From Alteromonas sp. 5E99-2 (lineage in GTDB: Bacteria; Pseudomonadota; Gammaproteobacteria; Enterobacterales; Alteromonadaceae): DNA of 24,000 nucleotides. The notes under the pieces were generated by a model. That model worked only from the letters and a program-made list of their open reading frames with translations. It was not told the DNA's origin and did no database searches. Positions 1 to 10,529 of this stretch are shown piece after piece (within the stretch, counting starts at the first letter, position 1; each line of letters starts with the position of its first letter). The stretch lies in the NCBI RefSeq assembly GCF_017368475.1, contig NZ_JAFNJE010000011.1, positions 22,937-46,936 of the forward strand, written 5' to 3'. The position numbers were made by a program, and so were the translations under genes.

Positions 1-177
1 GCCGCGGGGTCAGTTGGTTTAGGAAGAGTGCAGCGTATCGCAAATCAAATTCAACAAGGCGACCACCCAGCATGGTGGGAGAATGTTCACGATTGGGTTG
101 AAGAATTACAAATGGCGGTATTAAACGATACCAGTGCTTTAAATGATTGGCTACAGGGGCAACGAATAGATGACTAA
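1..177 (+). CDS. 3' end of an unidentified CDS, truncated by the window edge
   Basis: Frame 1 is open from base 1 to TAA at 175-177 (...HPAWWENVHDWVEELQMAVLNDTSALNDWLQGQRIDD*). Only 58 codons are visible and I recognise no family. Confidence 0.35.
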   Translation, partial: AAGSVGLGRVQRIANQIQQGDHPAWWENVHDWVEELQMAVLNDTSALNDWLQGQRIDD

Positions 178-198
178 TCTGGATTATCCAGATTAGTC
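172..198. terminator. Perfect 12-bp hairpin between convergent genes, a possible bidirectional terminator
   Basis: gactaatctgga (172-183) and tccagattagtc (187-198) are exact reverse complements with a 3-nt loop. The hairpin sits between the stop at 175-177 (+) and the dolP stop at 207-209 (-). There is no clean U-tract, so rho-independent function is uncertain. Confidence 0.4.
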
Positions 199-206
199 GC
201 ATTCTA

Positions 207-778
207 TTAAATAAGTTCTAAAGCGCGTACTACGCGCTTTACGCCTTGAATATTTCGAGTCAGCTCAATGGCCCGTGTCGCTTCAAGGCTTGATAATTTC
301 CCCATTAAAAACACCTCACTGTTTTCGACAACAACTTTCACTTGAGTGGTAGGTACTGTTTTATCGGTAAGTAACTTGGCTTTGACTTTCGAGTCAATCC
401 ATAGATCGTTCGCTTGCGCTGACGCATTAATAGGACTACCTAATCGGACTTGGTTGTGTACCTTTGTAATATGGGGAACTGATTTTGCTATTTCTTCTGC
501 TTTATCAATTAATGTTTGTGTTGGCGCTTGGCCTGTAATTAACAGCACTCCATTATATACATTTGCCTGCAGATTTGCTGATTCACTCAAACTCTCATCT
601 TGTCCCCAGCGGAGTGAAACGGAACTACTCGATGTAGTGTCATCGATTTGTGTGCCTACGGTACGCCTGTCTGTTGCGGTTTTTGCGGCTACTGCGCCAG
701 CAGTCCCTAAAACCAATACAGTGCAGCCCTGTAGGCACAAAATACTAGTGACAACTAAACAAAGTAATCTCGTTTGCA

Positions 779-779
<1 letters not shown>
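207..779 (-). CDS. dolP: BON-domain outer-membrane lipoprotein DolP (YraP)
   Basis: 190 aa with a lipoprotein signal and lipobox (MQTRLLCLVVTSILCLQGC) and a BON-type repeat architecture. It is the last gene of the conserved lpoA-yraN-diaA-dolP cluster known from E. coli. Its ATG overlaps the diaA stop by 1 nt (TAATG). Confidence 0.85.
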
Positions 780-1399
<620 letters not shown>

Positions 1400-1402
1400 T
1401 TA

Positions 1403-1753
1403 TTAGACTGTGACATTTTTAAGCCATATGAGTTCATCATTATTTATCGCTACAATATCAAATCGAATGGGTGTATGAGCTGGATTCATTCCATTATCCA
1501 TCAAAAAAAGATTGAAAGCAGCAATCATTCTATTTAATTTCTTCCGGTCGACAATTTCTAGTGGGTGACCATGGTCAGAGTGGCGGCGAAACTTCACTTC
1601 AACGCAGACCCAGACATCATTCTCTTTGCAAATAATGTCTAGCTCACCTACTTTTCGCCTAAAGTTTCGCTCAACAATACGCAGGCCTTTCGAAAGTAAA
1701 AAATCGACGGCTTGGTTTTCTGCCTGTTGACCTTGCTTATAGGAAAAGGCCAG
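1403..1753 (-). CDS. yraN: YraN/UPF0102 family endonuclease-like protein; 5' end unresolved (no canonical start codon)
   Basis: The family core GELDIICKENDVWVCVEVKFR and the upstream KQGQQAENQAVDFLLSKGL lie 5' of the GTG (1597) used by the ORF track. The frame is open up to 1756, directly after the in-frame lpoA stop, but has no ATG/GTG/TTG in those 53 codons. I placed the start provisionally at CTG 1753-1751. Confidence 0.7.
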   Translation of the reverse strand: MAFSYKQGQQAENQAVDFLLSKGLRIVERNFRRKVGELDIICKENDVWVCVEVKFRRHSDHGHPLEIVDRKKLNRMIAAFNLFLMDNGMNPAHTPIRFDIVAINNDELIWLKNVTV

Positions 1754-1756
1754 AGC

Positions 1757-3601
1757 TTAATCCTTAATTAAATTAACTGTATCGTTATCTATTTTTGCCA
1801 TGGGTAAGGTTCGTATTAACTCATTGTTATCCGACATCTGTAGTGAACCCGACATACCGGAATACTGATAAGCGGGAAGTTTCATTAAAATAGGTAATTT
1901 AGGCAATAATGAATAGGCATCGAAACCGAAAGCAAATAAGCGATTAAAGCTAGCAGTTTGATCTGGCCACAATTGTTTTAGGGTATTGTTAGTGGTTACC
2001 CATTTGTCTTTTTCTATGAGTAAGGGGGCGTCTACAAAGCGGACATTTTCTAGATCTCGTCGGGTATTTTTACCTTGATTTAGTCCAATTGAACGAGACG
2101 CTGCATAGACTGGCACAACTTGCTGTCTAAAAGGGCTTATGCTGGCTTCAACCATGGGGTTAATTAGGGCCATTTCTTCTGGACTAGCAAATACCACTAT
2201 GGCGTCAATATCTTGTCTACTCCTAGTTTGGTCATATAATATTCTGTTTGTCATTCTATCTATTTGCTTAGCATTTGCTTCGCTTTGTGCAACGCCGAGA
2301 GCCGAGGAAAGTGAAGCGTCTAAGCTGTCAATATCGTCAAACGAAACTACATCCACAGGTGTTTTTTCTTCTCTACCCTGCTGAGTTTGTTGCCAGCTAG
2401 CGTTGAATGCGTCCAACATTCTCTTGGTTGTACCAGCAGAAGATGCCACAACAATTGGGTGCTTATATCCGCTCTGATGTACATGATGCGCCAGTTGTAT
2501 TGCTTCGTCCTCTGGCGCTAAACCGAAAAATGATGTTTGCTTGGTTGGTAATTGAGCTGCTGCTTTTTGGTACTCAAGTTGATTCGAACGGTTAAGTGCA
2601 AGGTGACTGGTGTTAGGTGGGAAAAACGGGAGTAGTGCATCTACATTTTCTTTTAGCAGCGGACCTAAAACAGCAGTAGCCTTATTAACATGCTCTAAGA
2701 TTTCTTCTTTTGAGCTTGAAGCAGTATCGATAAAATTGAGTTCAGGGGATAGATCAGAATTTTCGTCATAGTACGCCGCTAAAATACCTTGCTTTATCGC
2801 ACTTCCTGTAGATTCAAAACGGCCGGATAAAGGCAATAAAATCAATACATCGGATAGTTTTTTCGGTATCGTTTCCATCGCTTCGGTTAATTCATTTGGC
2901 AGTGGTGTCACTAATGGATGACCATTGTAAACCTGCTTGAATTGAACAACTGCATTCGTTAACTTTTGGTTGTCTTCAGCCCAATTCCTAGTCAGTTTTA
3001 CTAGCGTAATGTGAGGGCGTAGGGAGGAATATTTATTATGGAGCTCATTCAGAGATTTATCTGATAAAGGAGATAGTTGATTAAAAATTTGGTGATGTAC
3101 CTGAGCACTTTGCTCTTTCAAAGAGGCTGAAAGTGCAAGTGATTGCCAAATTTTACCGTGGTTATTCAGAGACTGTATTAATTTCTCAATTCTACGGATG
3201 TTTAGCTCATTTGATTCGAGTTCTACATCTAGCCAATCATCAGGTATACCGGTTTGCTGACTAGATGATAGCGCGAGTAGTGTTTTTGCTTGACTGTGAT
3301 ATTCAATAGGAAGATTAGGAGCTATGGCATATAAGAGTGCATTTGCGTTAGCGTAATCTTCAGCGATTACAAATTGGCGGGTAAACGCGAGTAACTGTTC
3401 ATTGTCTAAAGGTGTTTCTTCTAATAACTGCTTAACTTGCGCGACTGAAGGCAAGCGAGAAACTGGCTTTTGTTCGATTCGTTTAGGCTTTACTTGGTTT
3501 GTATTCGTTTGTGGCTGGGTAGGTTGATTACTACAACCTGAAACCAATAATGTTGCAACAACAGATAAAGCGAACAAATAGATGAAGTAATTGAGGCGCA
3601 T
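1757..3601 (-). CDS. lpoA: Penicillin-binding protein activator LpoA (LppC family lipoprotein)
   Basis: A long ORF sitting where lpoA lies in the conserved rsmI/lpoA-yraN-diaA-dolP arrangement, divergent from rsmI as in E. coli; the LpoA/LppC call rests on that position, its size and the lipoprotein signal. I moved the start to the ATG at 3601, which gives a lipoprotein signal MRLNYFIYLFALSVVATLLVSGC. The track start at 3643 would add 14 residues ahead of that signal. Confidence 0.85.
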   Translation of the reverse strand: MRLNYFIYLFALSVVATLLVSGCSNQPTQPQTNTNQVKPKRIEQKPVSRLPSVAQVKQLLEETPLDNEQLLAFTRQFVIAEDYANANALLYAIAPNLPIEYHSQAKTLLALSSSQQTGIPDDWLDVELESNELNIRRIEKLIQSLNNHGKIWQSLALSASLKEQSAQVHHQIFNQLSPLSDKSLNELHNKYSSLRPHITLVKLTRNWAEDNQKLTNAVVQFKQVYNGHPLVTPLPNELTEAMETIPKKLSDVLILLPLSGRFESTGSAIKQGILAAYYDENSDLSPELNFIDTASSSKEEILEHVNKATAVLGPLLKENVDALLPFFPPNTSHLALNRSNQLEYQKAAAQLPTKQTSFFGLAPEDEAIQLAHHVHQSGYKHPIVVASSAGTTKRMLDAFNASWQQTQQGREEKTPVDVVSFDDIDSLDASLSSALGVAQSEANAKQIDRMTNRILYDQTRSRQDIDAIVVFASPEEMALINPMVEASISPFRQQVVPVYAASRSIGLNQGKNTRRDLENVRFVDAPLLIEKDKWVTTNNTLKQLWPDQTASFNRLFAFGFDAYSLLPKLPILMKLPAYQYSGMSGSLQMSDNNELIRTLPMAKIDNDTVNLIKD

Positions 3602-3705
3602 TAACGTGATAATCCCTACGTAGATCTTAATAAAATCAATCAAGTCTTTAAGATAAGCGTGTTAAACTTACTCTCAAAATCAGTATTACAATACATGGAG
3701 CATCC

Positions 3706-4557
3706 ATGAGTTTACCAGCAGATGCTACAACTGGCACCCTGTACATTGTGCCAACTCCTATCGGGAATCTCAAAGACATTACATTAAGAGCTGTCGATAC
3801 ACTTAAAAGTGTTGATTTAATTGCAGCAGAAGATACGCGCCATAGTGGTGTGTTAATGCAGCATTTAGGGGTATCGACCCCGCTATTATCTGTTCATGAA
3901 CACAACGAAGCCAGTAGAGCTTCAATGTTAATTGGAAAGTTACAAGAAGGACAAAACATCGCGTTAGTGAGTGATGCAGGTACGCCATTGATCAGCGATC
4001 CTGGTTATACTCTTGTTAATGCGTGTCGTGAAGCAGGTGTTTTGGTGTCGGCATTACCTGGACCAAGTGCGCTAATAACTGCCTTAAGCGGTGCGGGTCT
4101 TCCTACAGATAGTTTTTCTTTTCGCGGTTTTTTACCTGTCAAAGAACAAGCAAAAAAAGCGGCAATTACTGCGCTATTAGATGCATTTGAAACCCAAGTT
4201 TTTTATGAAGCGCCAAGACGAATATTAAATACTTTGGCGGTAATACAAGAAACCTTAGGTGATGATCGAAAAATCGCGATTGTAAAAGAGCTAACTAAAA
4301 CCTTTGAGCATTATCAGCTAGGTAGTGCTGCGTCTTGTATTGAGTGGTTAAATGCAGACCCGTTACGTCAGAAAGGCGAATTTGTGATTTTAATTTCTCC
4401 TGCGGATAAACAAGATAATGCGCTACCAGCAGAAGCGTTGCAGTTGCTTAACGTGTTACAGACAGAGTTGCCATTAAAAAAAGCAGCGGGGATTGTTGCT
4501 GCCCATTATGGGTTGAAAAAAAATCAGTTATATCAAATTGGACTAGAGTCAAAGTAG
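3706..4557 (+). CDS. rsmI: 16S rRNA (cytidine1402-2'-O)-methyltransferase RsmI
   Basis: 283 aa with the tetrapyrrole-methylase-fold N-terminus LYIVPTPIGNLKDITLRAVDTLKSVDLIAAEDTR. A tggag Shine-Dalgarno sits upstream of the ATG. Synteny with lpoA is conserved. Confidence 0.9.
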   Translation: MSLPADATTGTLYIVPTPIGNLKDITLRAVDTLKSVDLIAAEDTRHSGVLMQHLGVSTPLLSVHEHNEASRASMLIGKLQEGQNIALVSDAGTPLISDPGYTLVNACREAGVLVSALPGPSALITALSGAGLPTDSFSFRGFLPVKEQAKKAAITALLDAFETQVFYEAPRRILNTLAVIQETLGDDRKIAIVKELTKTFEHYQLGSAASCIEWLNADPLRQKGEFVILISPADKQDNALPAEALQLLNVLQTELPLKKAAGIVAAHYGLKKNQLYQIGLESK

Positions 4558-4561
4558 CCAA

Positions 4562-5452
4562 TTAACGACTTCCTTGTATTCCACCGGTATGTAATAGCAC
4601 CAGTCTATCGGTGGAGCTAAATTCCTTGTTCATAATCATTTCATTTACGGCAAAGAAGAGTTTGCCACTGTAAACAGGCTCTATAGGAATAGTACTGTGC
4701 TGGTTAAATTGAATGATAAAATCAGATAACGCATCTGATTTTTTTGCATAGCCTCCGTGTACGTAACCATGTTGTATTTGCCAGTTTTCTTGAGCCTTTG
4801 GTAAAAAACGCTGCACTTGCTGCTCTAGGTACCCTTTACCTTTTAGTACGGCAATACCTATTGCCCTTTGCGTTGTACTGGCCATCCCTGTGACTAAACC
4901 TGCTAGCGTTGCGCCACTGGCAACGGGAGTAATAAAATGAGTGGGTAAAGCAGAAAGTTGTGTATGAACTTCATCACAAAGTTCGCTAACGCCTTTAACG
5001 GCCTGCGCGGTACTGCCACCTTCAGGAATAAAGTGACTTCCGATATGATGTTCATCTAACCAGGTTTTGAATTGCTCTGTGTCTCGTGTTGCGTAGAGTT
5101 TTTTATCTATGTACTCAATGTGGCAACCCCAGTTTTGTAAATCATTTAACATCGGCGTTGGAGTCGCGCCATAATGTCCCCGTACCAGTGCGGTAAAAGG
5201 TAGCTGTAATTGTGAGCACAAATAACCCAGTGCATGCAGGTGGTTAGAATAACCGCCGCCAATACTGACTATTTTTTTATGGTGATGAAGATTGGCGTAT
5301 TTTAGTTTTCGCCATTTGTTACCCGATACGAAGGGGTGAATAAGATCATCGCGCTTAACCCACACCTTTGGAGCACATTGAGGCCAGTGAGGTAAACTAA
5401 AAGACTCAATGGGAGACGTAATCTGACTAAAAATAGGTGGGATAGGGGTCAT
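4562..5452 (-). CDS. PLP-dependent enzyme of the ACC deaminase / D-cysteine desulfhydrase family
   Basis: 296 aa. It carries the SGNKWRKLKY PLP-lysine motif, GGGYSNHLHA, EGGS, VASGATLAG and a C-terminal LLHTGG, collinear with E. coli DcyD-type proteins. Substrate cannot be told from sequence alone. Its stop lies only 4 nt from the rsmI stop. Confidence 0.75.
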   Translation of the reverse strand: MTPIPPIFSQITSPIESFSLPHWPQCAPKVWVKRDDLIHPFVSGNKWRKLKYANLHHHKKIVSIGGGYSNHLHALGYLCSQLQLPFTALVRGHYGATPTPMLNDLQNWGCHIEYIDKKLYATRDTEQFKTWLDEHHIGSHFIPEGGSTAQAVKGVSELCDEVHTQLSALPTHFITPVASGATLAGLVTGMASTTQRAIGIAVLKGKGYLEQQVQRFLPKAQENWQIQHGYVHGGYAKKSDALSDFIIQFNQHSTIPIEPVYSGKLFFAVNEMIMNKEFSSTDRLVLLHTGGIQGSR

Positions 5453-5614
5453 AATAAAACAATATACAAGTTGTCTTTAAGCATAGCGAATACACAAAGA
5501 ATGAGTATATCTAAAACCCATAGTCTTTAATAGGTTATGAAAATTAGAATATTTTTAGTTAAAAACTGTACTTTATTAGGATAAATTCACTTACAAAGCA
5601 GATCTAGGTTGACA

Positions 5615-5628
5615 TATAGACGTCTATA
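5615..5628. promoter_or_regulatory. Perfect 14-nt palindrome TATAGACGTCTATA abutting a TTGACA -35-like hexamer (5609-5614) upstream of thrL
   Basis: The palindrome is read directly from the sequence. TTGACA immediately precedes it, and the leader ATG is 16 nt downstream of its end. The best -10 at 17-nt spacing (caaatt, 5632-5637) is weak, so both promoter and operator roles are unproven. Confidence 0.3.
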
Positions 5629-5643
5629 CGGCAAATTGGCGAC

Positions 5644-5712
5644 ATGAAAACTATTACAAGCACTATCGACACAATGATTATTACCATCCGTATGCTGATG
5701 GTCGTCGGGTAG
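5644..5712 (+). CDS. thrL: thr operon leader peptide (22 aa, Thr/Ile-rich)
   Basis: ATG at 5644, translation MKTITSTIDTMIITIRMLMVVG*, with 5 Thr and 5 Ile in the first 15 codons. It lies 91 nt upstream of thrA and is followed by a strong terminator. This matches the attenuation logic of E. coli thrL. It is absent from the ORF track. Confidence 0.7.
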   Translation: MKTITSTIDTMIITIRMLMVVG

Positions 5713-5733
5713 TGTGAGTAGAAAAAGATTCAC

Positions 5734-5766
5734 AAAAGCCCGCCCTAAACAAGCGGGCTTTTTTTT
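5734..5766 (+). terminator. thr attenuator (rho-independent terminator)
   Basis: The gcccgc (5738-5743) / gcgggc (5753-5758) stem is extended by A/T pairs and has a 9-nt loop. Eight T follow (5759-5766). It sits between the thrL stop and the thrA SD (gggag). Confidence 0.8.
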
Positions 5767-5802
5767 GGACTTCTCTAAAGTGAGAAGCAACGGGAGTAAA
5801 AC

Positions 5803-8262
5803 ATGAAGGTGATGAAATTTGGTGGCAGTTCTCTTGCCGATGCAACGCGTTATTTACGCGTCACTGATATTGCGTTGGATTGCCATCAAGCTGAAGGGGC
5901 GGCAGTTGTTTTATCTGCACCGAAAGGTGTGACCAATGCCTTATCTTTACTTTGCGAACAAGCTGCGAGTCAAAGTGACTATGGCGAATTGTTGGCTAAG
6001 TTGCGGATGACACTACAAGGTATTAACGATGAGCTAAACGAAAAGCTTACAGGTTACCCTCATGCAACATTAGAAACCTTTATTACTGAACGGTTACTAT
6101 GGTTAAGTCGTCAATTAGAAGGCTTTACTTTGCTGGGCTGTTCGCCGGATGCTATTTCTGCTGCGATTTTAAGCGTAGGTGAATATGTCAGTGTTAACTT
6201 TTTACAAGGCATAATGCAAAGTAAAGGAGTTTCGTGTGCCATTGTTGACCCTGTTAATTACGTTATCGCTGAAGGGGATTACCTTGACAGCATCGCGGAC
6301 GTGAGTTTAAGTAAAGCGCAGTTTGGCGATGTAGATAAATCAGGCAAAACCCTGTTGATCATGCCCGGATTTGTTGCAGCTAATGAAAGCGGCGAAAAAG
6401 TGACCTTAGGACGCAACGGTTCTGATTATTCAGCGGCTATTCTTGCGGCGTGTATCGATGCATCTTGTTGTGAAATTTGGACAGACGTTGATGGTGTATA
6501 TAACGCCGACCCCAATCAAGTTGAAGGGGCGGTATTGATGGATAAGTTAACTTATCAAGAAGCCATGGAATTGTCTTACTTTGGTGCCAAAGTGCTTCAC
6601 CCGAAAACCATTGGGCCGATCGCCCAGCATCATATCCCATGCTTAATTAGAAATACTTTGAATCCCGCTGCTCCAGGTACACTTATTAGCCAAGAAGCCA
6701 GCACCGTTTGGACAAGTGTGAAAGGAATTTCACAGCTAGATGACGTGGTTATGTTTAATGTTGCGGGACCTGGAATGAAAGGTATGGTTGGCATGGCGAG
6801 CCGTGTATTCGAGGTTATTTCGAATGCAAACATTTCGATTACTTTAATTACTCAATCTTCGTCGGAATACAGCATTTCATTTTGTATTCACAGCAAAGAT
6901 GCTGAAAAAGCGCAGTCTTTGTTAGAAGATGCCTTCGTACTCGAACTCACCAACAAGTTGCTCGACCCAATAGAAATACGTAAAGGTTTAGCTATAGTGA
7001 CCTTGGTAGGCGACGGAATGAAGCACACTAATGGTCTTGCTGCTCGTTTCTTTAACGCATTGTCTCAAGCGAGAGTGAATAACGTTGCTATAGCTCAAGG
7101 CTCTAGTGAGCGTTCAATCTCAACTGTGGTTGAAGCTGATAAAGCGAAAAAAGCAGTTCGTGCAATTCATCAAAACTTCTTTTCAGACCGTCATACTATT
7201 GATGTGTTTTTGGTGGGCTGTGGAACAGTGGGCGACGAATTGTTATCACAGTTTCATCGCCAGCAATCGTCGTTATTAGCAAAAAACATTCAACTTAGAG
7301 TGTACGGTATCGCTAATAGCAAGCAGCTCCTATTAAACAATTCAGGTATTGATTTAAGTAGCGATTGGAAAGCAGAATTAACCCAATCTGAAGATGGGTT
7401 AAGCCTGGCAGCACTGCAGCAATTTGTTAACGACAATAGTTTGGTGAATCCAGTACTGATTGATTGCACTAGTAGCGGTAAAGTGGCAAGTCAGTATGTG
7501 GATATGATGAATGCAGGTTTTCATGTTGTGACTCCAAACAAAAAAGCCAGCACTGATACCATAGAGTACTACCGTGCACTTCAACAAACTGCATTGAAAA
7601 CCAATAGACAATATTTGTATGAGACAACTGTTGGTGCTGGTTTACCCGTCATTGATAACTTCCAAAAGCTATTATCTGCAGGTGATGTTTTGCATAAGTT
7701 TGACGGTATTTTATCAGGTAGTCTTTCTTACGTATTTGGAAAGCTAGAAGATGGTATGACGTTATCAGAAGCCACATCTACAGCTAAATCTAACGGCTAT
7801 ACAGAACCAGATCCTAGGGACGATTTGAGTGGAACTGATGTTGCGAGAAAGCTCCTTATCTTAGCGAGAGAATCAGGCTTAGAGTTAGAGCTTGACGATA
7901 TTGAAGTTGAGCCTATTTTGCCTCAAGGCTTTGGTGGCGATGATGATATAGAAAGCTTTATGGCCCGTTTACACGAATGTGATGAGGCGTTTGCAAAACG
8001 AGTTGCTCAAGCGAAAAGCGAAGGCAAGGTACTGCGTTATATTGGTCAAATAGAAGGCAGTCGTTGTAGTGTAAGTATTGAAGCTGTTGAGCCAGAGCAT
8101 CCATTAGCAGCCATCAGAGATGGTGAAAATGCATTGGCAATTCACAGTGAATATTACCAACCCAAACCTTATGTTATTCGAGGCTATGGTGCGGGAGCAG
8201 CAGTAACTGCAGCTGGCGTGTTCTCTGATGTATTGCGCACGAAACCATGGAAGCAGGTGTAA
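5803..8262 (+). CDS. thrA: Bifunctional aspartokinase I / homoserine dehydrogenase I
   Basis: 819 aa (E. coli ThrA is 820). It has the N-terminal [12 protein letters not shown] kinase motif, ACT region and a C-terminal homoserine dehydrogenase domain, and is first in the thrABC order. Confidence 0.95.
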   Translation: MKVMKFGGSSLADATRYLRVTDIALDCHQAEGAAVVLSAPKGVTNALSLLCEQAASQSDYGELLAKLRMTLQGINDELNEKLTGYPHATLETFITERLLWLSRQLEGFTLLGCSPDAISAAILSVGEYVSVNFLQGIMQSKGVSCAIVDPVNYVIAEGDYLDSIADVSLSKAQFGDVDKSGKTLLIMPGFVAANESGEKVTLGRNGSDYSAAILAACIDASCCEIWTDVDGVYNADPNQVEGAVLMDKLTYQEAMELSYFGAKVLHPKTIGPIAQHHIPCLIRNTLNPAAPGTLISQEASTVWTSVKGISQLDDVVMFNVAGPGMKGMVGMASRVFEVISNANISITLITQSSSEYSISFCIHSKDAEKAQSLLEDAFVLELTNKLLDPIEIRKGLAIVTLVGDGMKHTNGLAARFFNALSQARVNNVAIAQGSSERSISTVVEADKAKKAVRAIHQNFFSDRHTIDVFLVGCGTVGDELLSQFHRQQSSLLAKNIQLRVYGIANSKQLLLNNSGIDLSSDWKAELTQSEDGLSLAALQQFVNDNSLVNPVLIDCTSSGKVASQYVDMMNAGFHVVTPNKKASTDTIEYYRALQQTALKTNRQYLYETTVGAGLPVIDNFQKLLSAGDVLHKFDGILSGSLSYVFGKLEDGMTLSEATSTAKSNGYTEPDPRDDLSGTDVARKLLILARESGLELELDDIEVEPILPQGFGGDDDIESFMARLHECDEAFAKRVAQAKSEGKVLRYIGQIEGSRCSVSIEAVEPEHPLAAIRDGENALAIHSEYYQPKPYVIRGYGAGAAVTAAGVFSDVLRTKPWKQV

Positions 8263-8265
8263 GTT

Positions 8266-9228
8266 ATGTCTAAACAAGCTTCATCAACCACAGCATTTGC
8301 GCCAGCGAGCATTGGTAACGTTAGTTTGGGTTTTGATTTATTAGGCGCCGCACTGAAACCTGTTGATGGTACGCAGTTAGGCGATACGGTTACTGTATCT
8401 GATGCGAGTGAGGATTCGCTGAGTGTAACGGGGCGTTTTGCTGACAAGTTACCACCAGAGCCAGAAAAAAATATTGTTTTACAGTGTTTACATTTTTTTA
8501 GAGAAAAAATGCAAGCCCAAGGTAAAACTGTACCTAAACTTGCATTGGCACTTTCCAAAAATTTACCCATTGGAAGTGGCCTAGGTTCAAGTGCTAGTTC
8601 TATTGTTGCAGCGTTTGCTGCGTTAAATTCTCATTTTGACTCCCCTTTTGACCAAGATACGTTATTGTTAATGATGGGCGAATGCGAAGGCAGAATCAGT
8701 GGCAGTATTCACTACGATAACGTAGCGCCAAGTTACTTAGGCGGCATGACATTTATGACTGGGGTTGAGTCTCCAGTTTCTTTGTCATTACCTCTGATGA
8801 AAAATTGGTACTGGACTGTGTGTTATTCAGGACTGTCGGTGTCTACATCGGCGGCGCGAGAAATTTTGCCAAAAGAAGTAGCGCTTAAAGATGCCTTGGT
8901 TTTTGGTAAGCAGTTAGGTGTGTTTGTACACGCCTTACATCAACAAGACGCAAGTTTGGCTGCTCAAATGATGCATGATGTTATCGCAGAGCCCCATAGA
9001 CAAAAATTACTTCCTGGCTTTGCGGAAGCTAGAGATGCGGCAAAAGAAAGTGGCGCCTTGGCCTTTGGTATTTCAGGGTCAGGTCCAACGGTTTTTGCAG
9101 TAACAGACAACGAACAAAACGCCAATGAGATAGCACAGTGGTTGCGTACTCATTATGTAAAAAATGAAACTGGATTTAGTCATGTGTGTCGTATTCCCGA
9201 GCATGGCATAGAAATCCATCAATCGTAG
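8266..9228 (+). CDS. thrB: Homoserine kinase
   Basis: 320 aa with the GHMP-kinase motif PIGSGLGSSASS. It starts 3 nt after the thrA stop. Confidence 0.95.
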   Translation: MSKQASSTTAFAPASIGNVSLGFDLLGAALKPVDGTQLGDTVTVSDASEDSLSVTGRFADKLPPEPEKNIVLQCLHFFREKMQAQGKTVPKLALALSKNLPIGSGLGSSASSIVAAFAALNSHFDSPFDQDTLLLMMGECEGRISGSIHYDNVAPSYLGGMTFMTGVESPVSLSLPLMKNWYWTVCYSGLSVSTSAAREILPKEVALKDALVFGKQLGVFVHALHQQDASLAAQMMHDVIAEPHRQKLLPGFAEARDAAKESGALAFGISGSGPTVFAVTDNEQNANEIAQWLRTHYVKNETGFSHVCRIPEHGIEIHQS

Positions 9229-9240
9229 TAGGAAGGCACA

Positions 9241-10527
9241 GTGGAATTAGTCAATTTAAAAGACCCACAAGAAATTGTAAGTTTTAAACAAGCCGTTAAA
9301 AAAGGGCTAGGAAAAAATCAGGGACTATTTTTCCCTGAAGGATTTACTCCTCTTAGTGATATTGATGCTTGCTTAGCGTTATCTTTGCAAGAGCGAAGTG
9401 CATTGATTCTCAAGCACATCATCGGAGACGAATTAACGTCAACTGAGATTGAAAATATAGTTAATCAGGCTTTTAACTTCCCAGCACCTGTAGAGCAAGT
9501 GACTGAGAATATAAAAACCTTAGAGCTTTTTCATGGACCAACCTTAGCGTTTAAAGATTTTGGTGGCCGTTTTATGGCGCAAACGTTATCGCATATTAGC
9601 GATGGCGCACCTATCACTATTTTAACGGCAACATCGGGCGATACCGGTGCGGCAGTGGCTCATGCTTTCCACGGAATTGATAACATTAATGTTGTGATCT
9701 TGTTCCCTGAAGGAAAAATTAGCCCGCTACAAGAGAAGTTATTTACTACTCTTGGTGGCAACATTCATACCTTTGCGATTGATGGTGATTTCGATGCATG
9801 TCAGGCTATGGTTAAAACCGCATTTGACGATGCAGAAGTGCGAGATGGATTACATTTAAACAGTGCGAACTCTATCAATATAAGTCGTTTACTTGCGCAA
9901 GTGTGTTATTACTTTGAAGCATTCTCACAAATCGACAAAAATGACCGTGATAAGGTTGTGTTATCCGTGCCTAGCGGTAATTTTGGTAACTTAACCGCAG
10001 GTATGATAGCAAAAGCACTGGGTTTACCCATTAAACGCTTTGTTGCTGCAACTAATGCTAATGACACTGTGCCCCGCTATCTTAAAACTGGTGAGTGGGA
10101 GCCAAATGACACAGTGGCTACTATGTCAAACGCGATGGACGTTAGTCGTCCAAACAACTGGCCTCGTATCGAAGCCATGATTGAGCGCGGTATTATTGAT
10201 GGAGCTTTGTTAAATGGCGTGGCTATTGACGAAGAATCAACAATGATTGCGATGAAAGAGCTGGCGAACAAAGGCTATATCAGTGAACCTCATGCTGCAA
10301 TTGCTTACAAAGCCCTTGAGCATACTCTTGAAGACGGCGAAGTGGGGCTGTTTTTAGGCACGGCTCATCCAGCTAAGTTCAGAGAAACAGTTGAGAATGT
10401 ATTGGGCAACCCTATTGCGCTGCCTGAGCCATTGGTTAAGTGTTCTGTGGAAAAGAGCCTTGATGAGAGTTTACCGAACGATTATCAAGCGTTGAAAGCC
10501 GCTATGTTTGAAAGATTGGCAAAATAA
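9241..10527 (+). CDS. thrC: Threonine synthase
   Basis: 428 aa, with a GTG start 5 nt after an aggaagg SD. The N-terminus [32 protein letters not shown] is collinear with E. coli ThrC, and the PLP site FKDFGGRF is present. Confidence 0.95.
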   Translation: MELVNLKDPQEIVSFKQAVKKGLGKNQGLFFPEGFTPLSDIDACLALSLQERSALILKHIIGDELTSTEIENIVNQAFNFPAPVEQVTENIKTLELFHGPTLAFKDFGGRFMAQTLSHISDGAPITILTATSGDTGAAVAHAFHGIDNINVVILFPEGKISPLQEKLFTTLGGNIHTFAIDGDFDACQAMVKTAFDDAEVRDGLHLNSANSINISRLLAQVCYYFEAFSQIDKNDRDKVVLSVPSGNFGNLTAGMIAKALGLPIKRFVAATNANDTVPRYLKTGEWEPNDTVATMSNAMDVSRPNNWPRIEAMIERGIIDGALLNGVAIDEESTMIAMKELANKGYISEPHAAIAYKALEHTLEDGEVGLFLGTAHPAKFRETVENVLGNPIALPEPLVKCSVEKSLDESLPNDYQALKAAMFERLAK

Positions 10528-10529
10528 TA

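Noticed and set aside
3602-3643. Longer N-terminal extensions offered by the ORF track (lpoA 3643, DUF3325-like TTG 19873, DUF3649-like 20154)
   Set aside because: The internal ATGs give a proper lipoprotein signal (lpoA) or ATGA-coupled, non-overlapping operon junctions. The extensions add non-signal residues or 46-nt overlaps.
5587-5790. 67-aa minus-strand ORF upstream of thrA
   Set aside because: It overlaps the thrL leader peptide and attenuator on the opposite strand. The plus-strand regulatory reading explains this region far better.
8184-8570. 128-aa minus-strand ORF spanning the thrA/thrB junction
   Set aside because: It is antisense to two strongly supported genes and looks like a shadow ORF.
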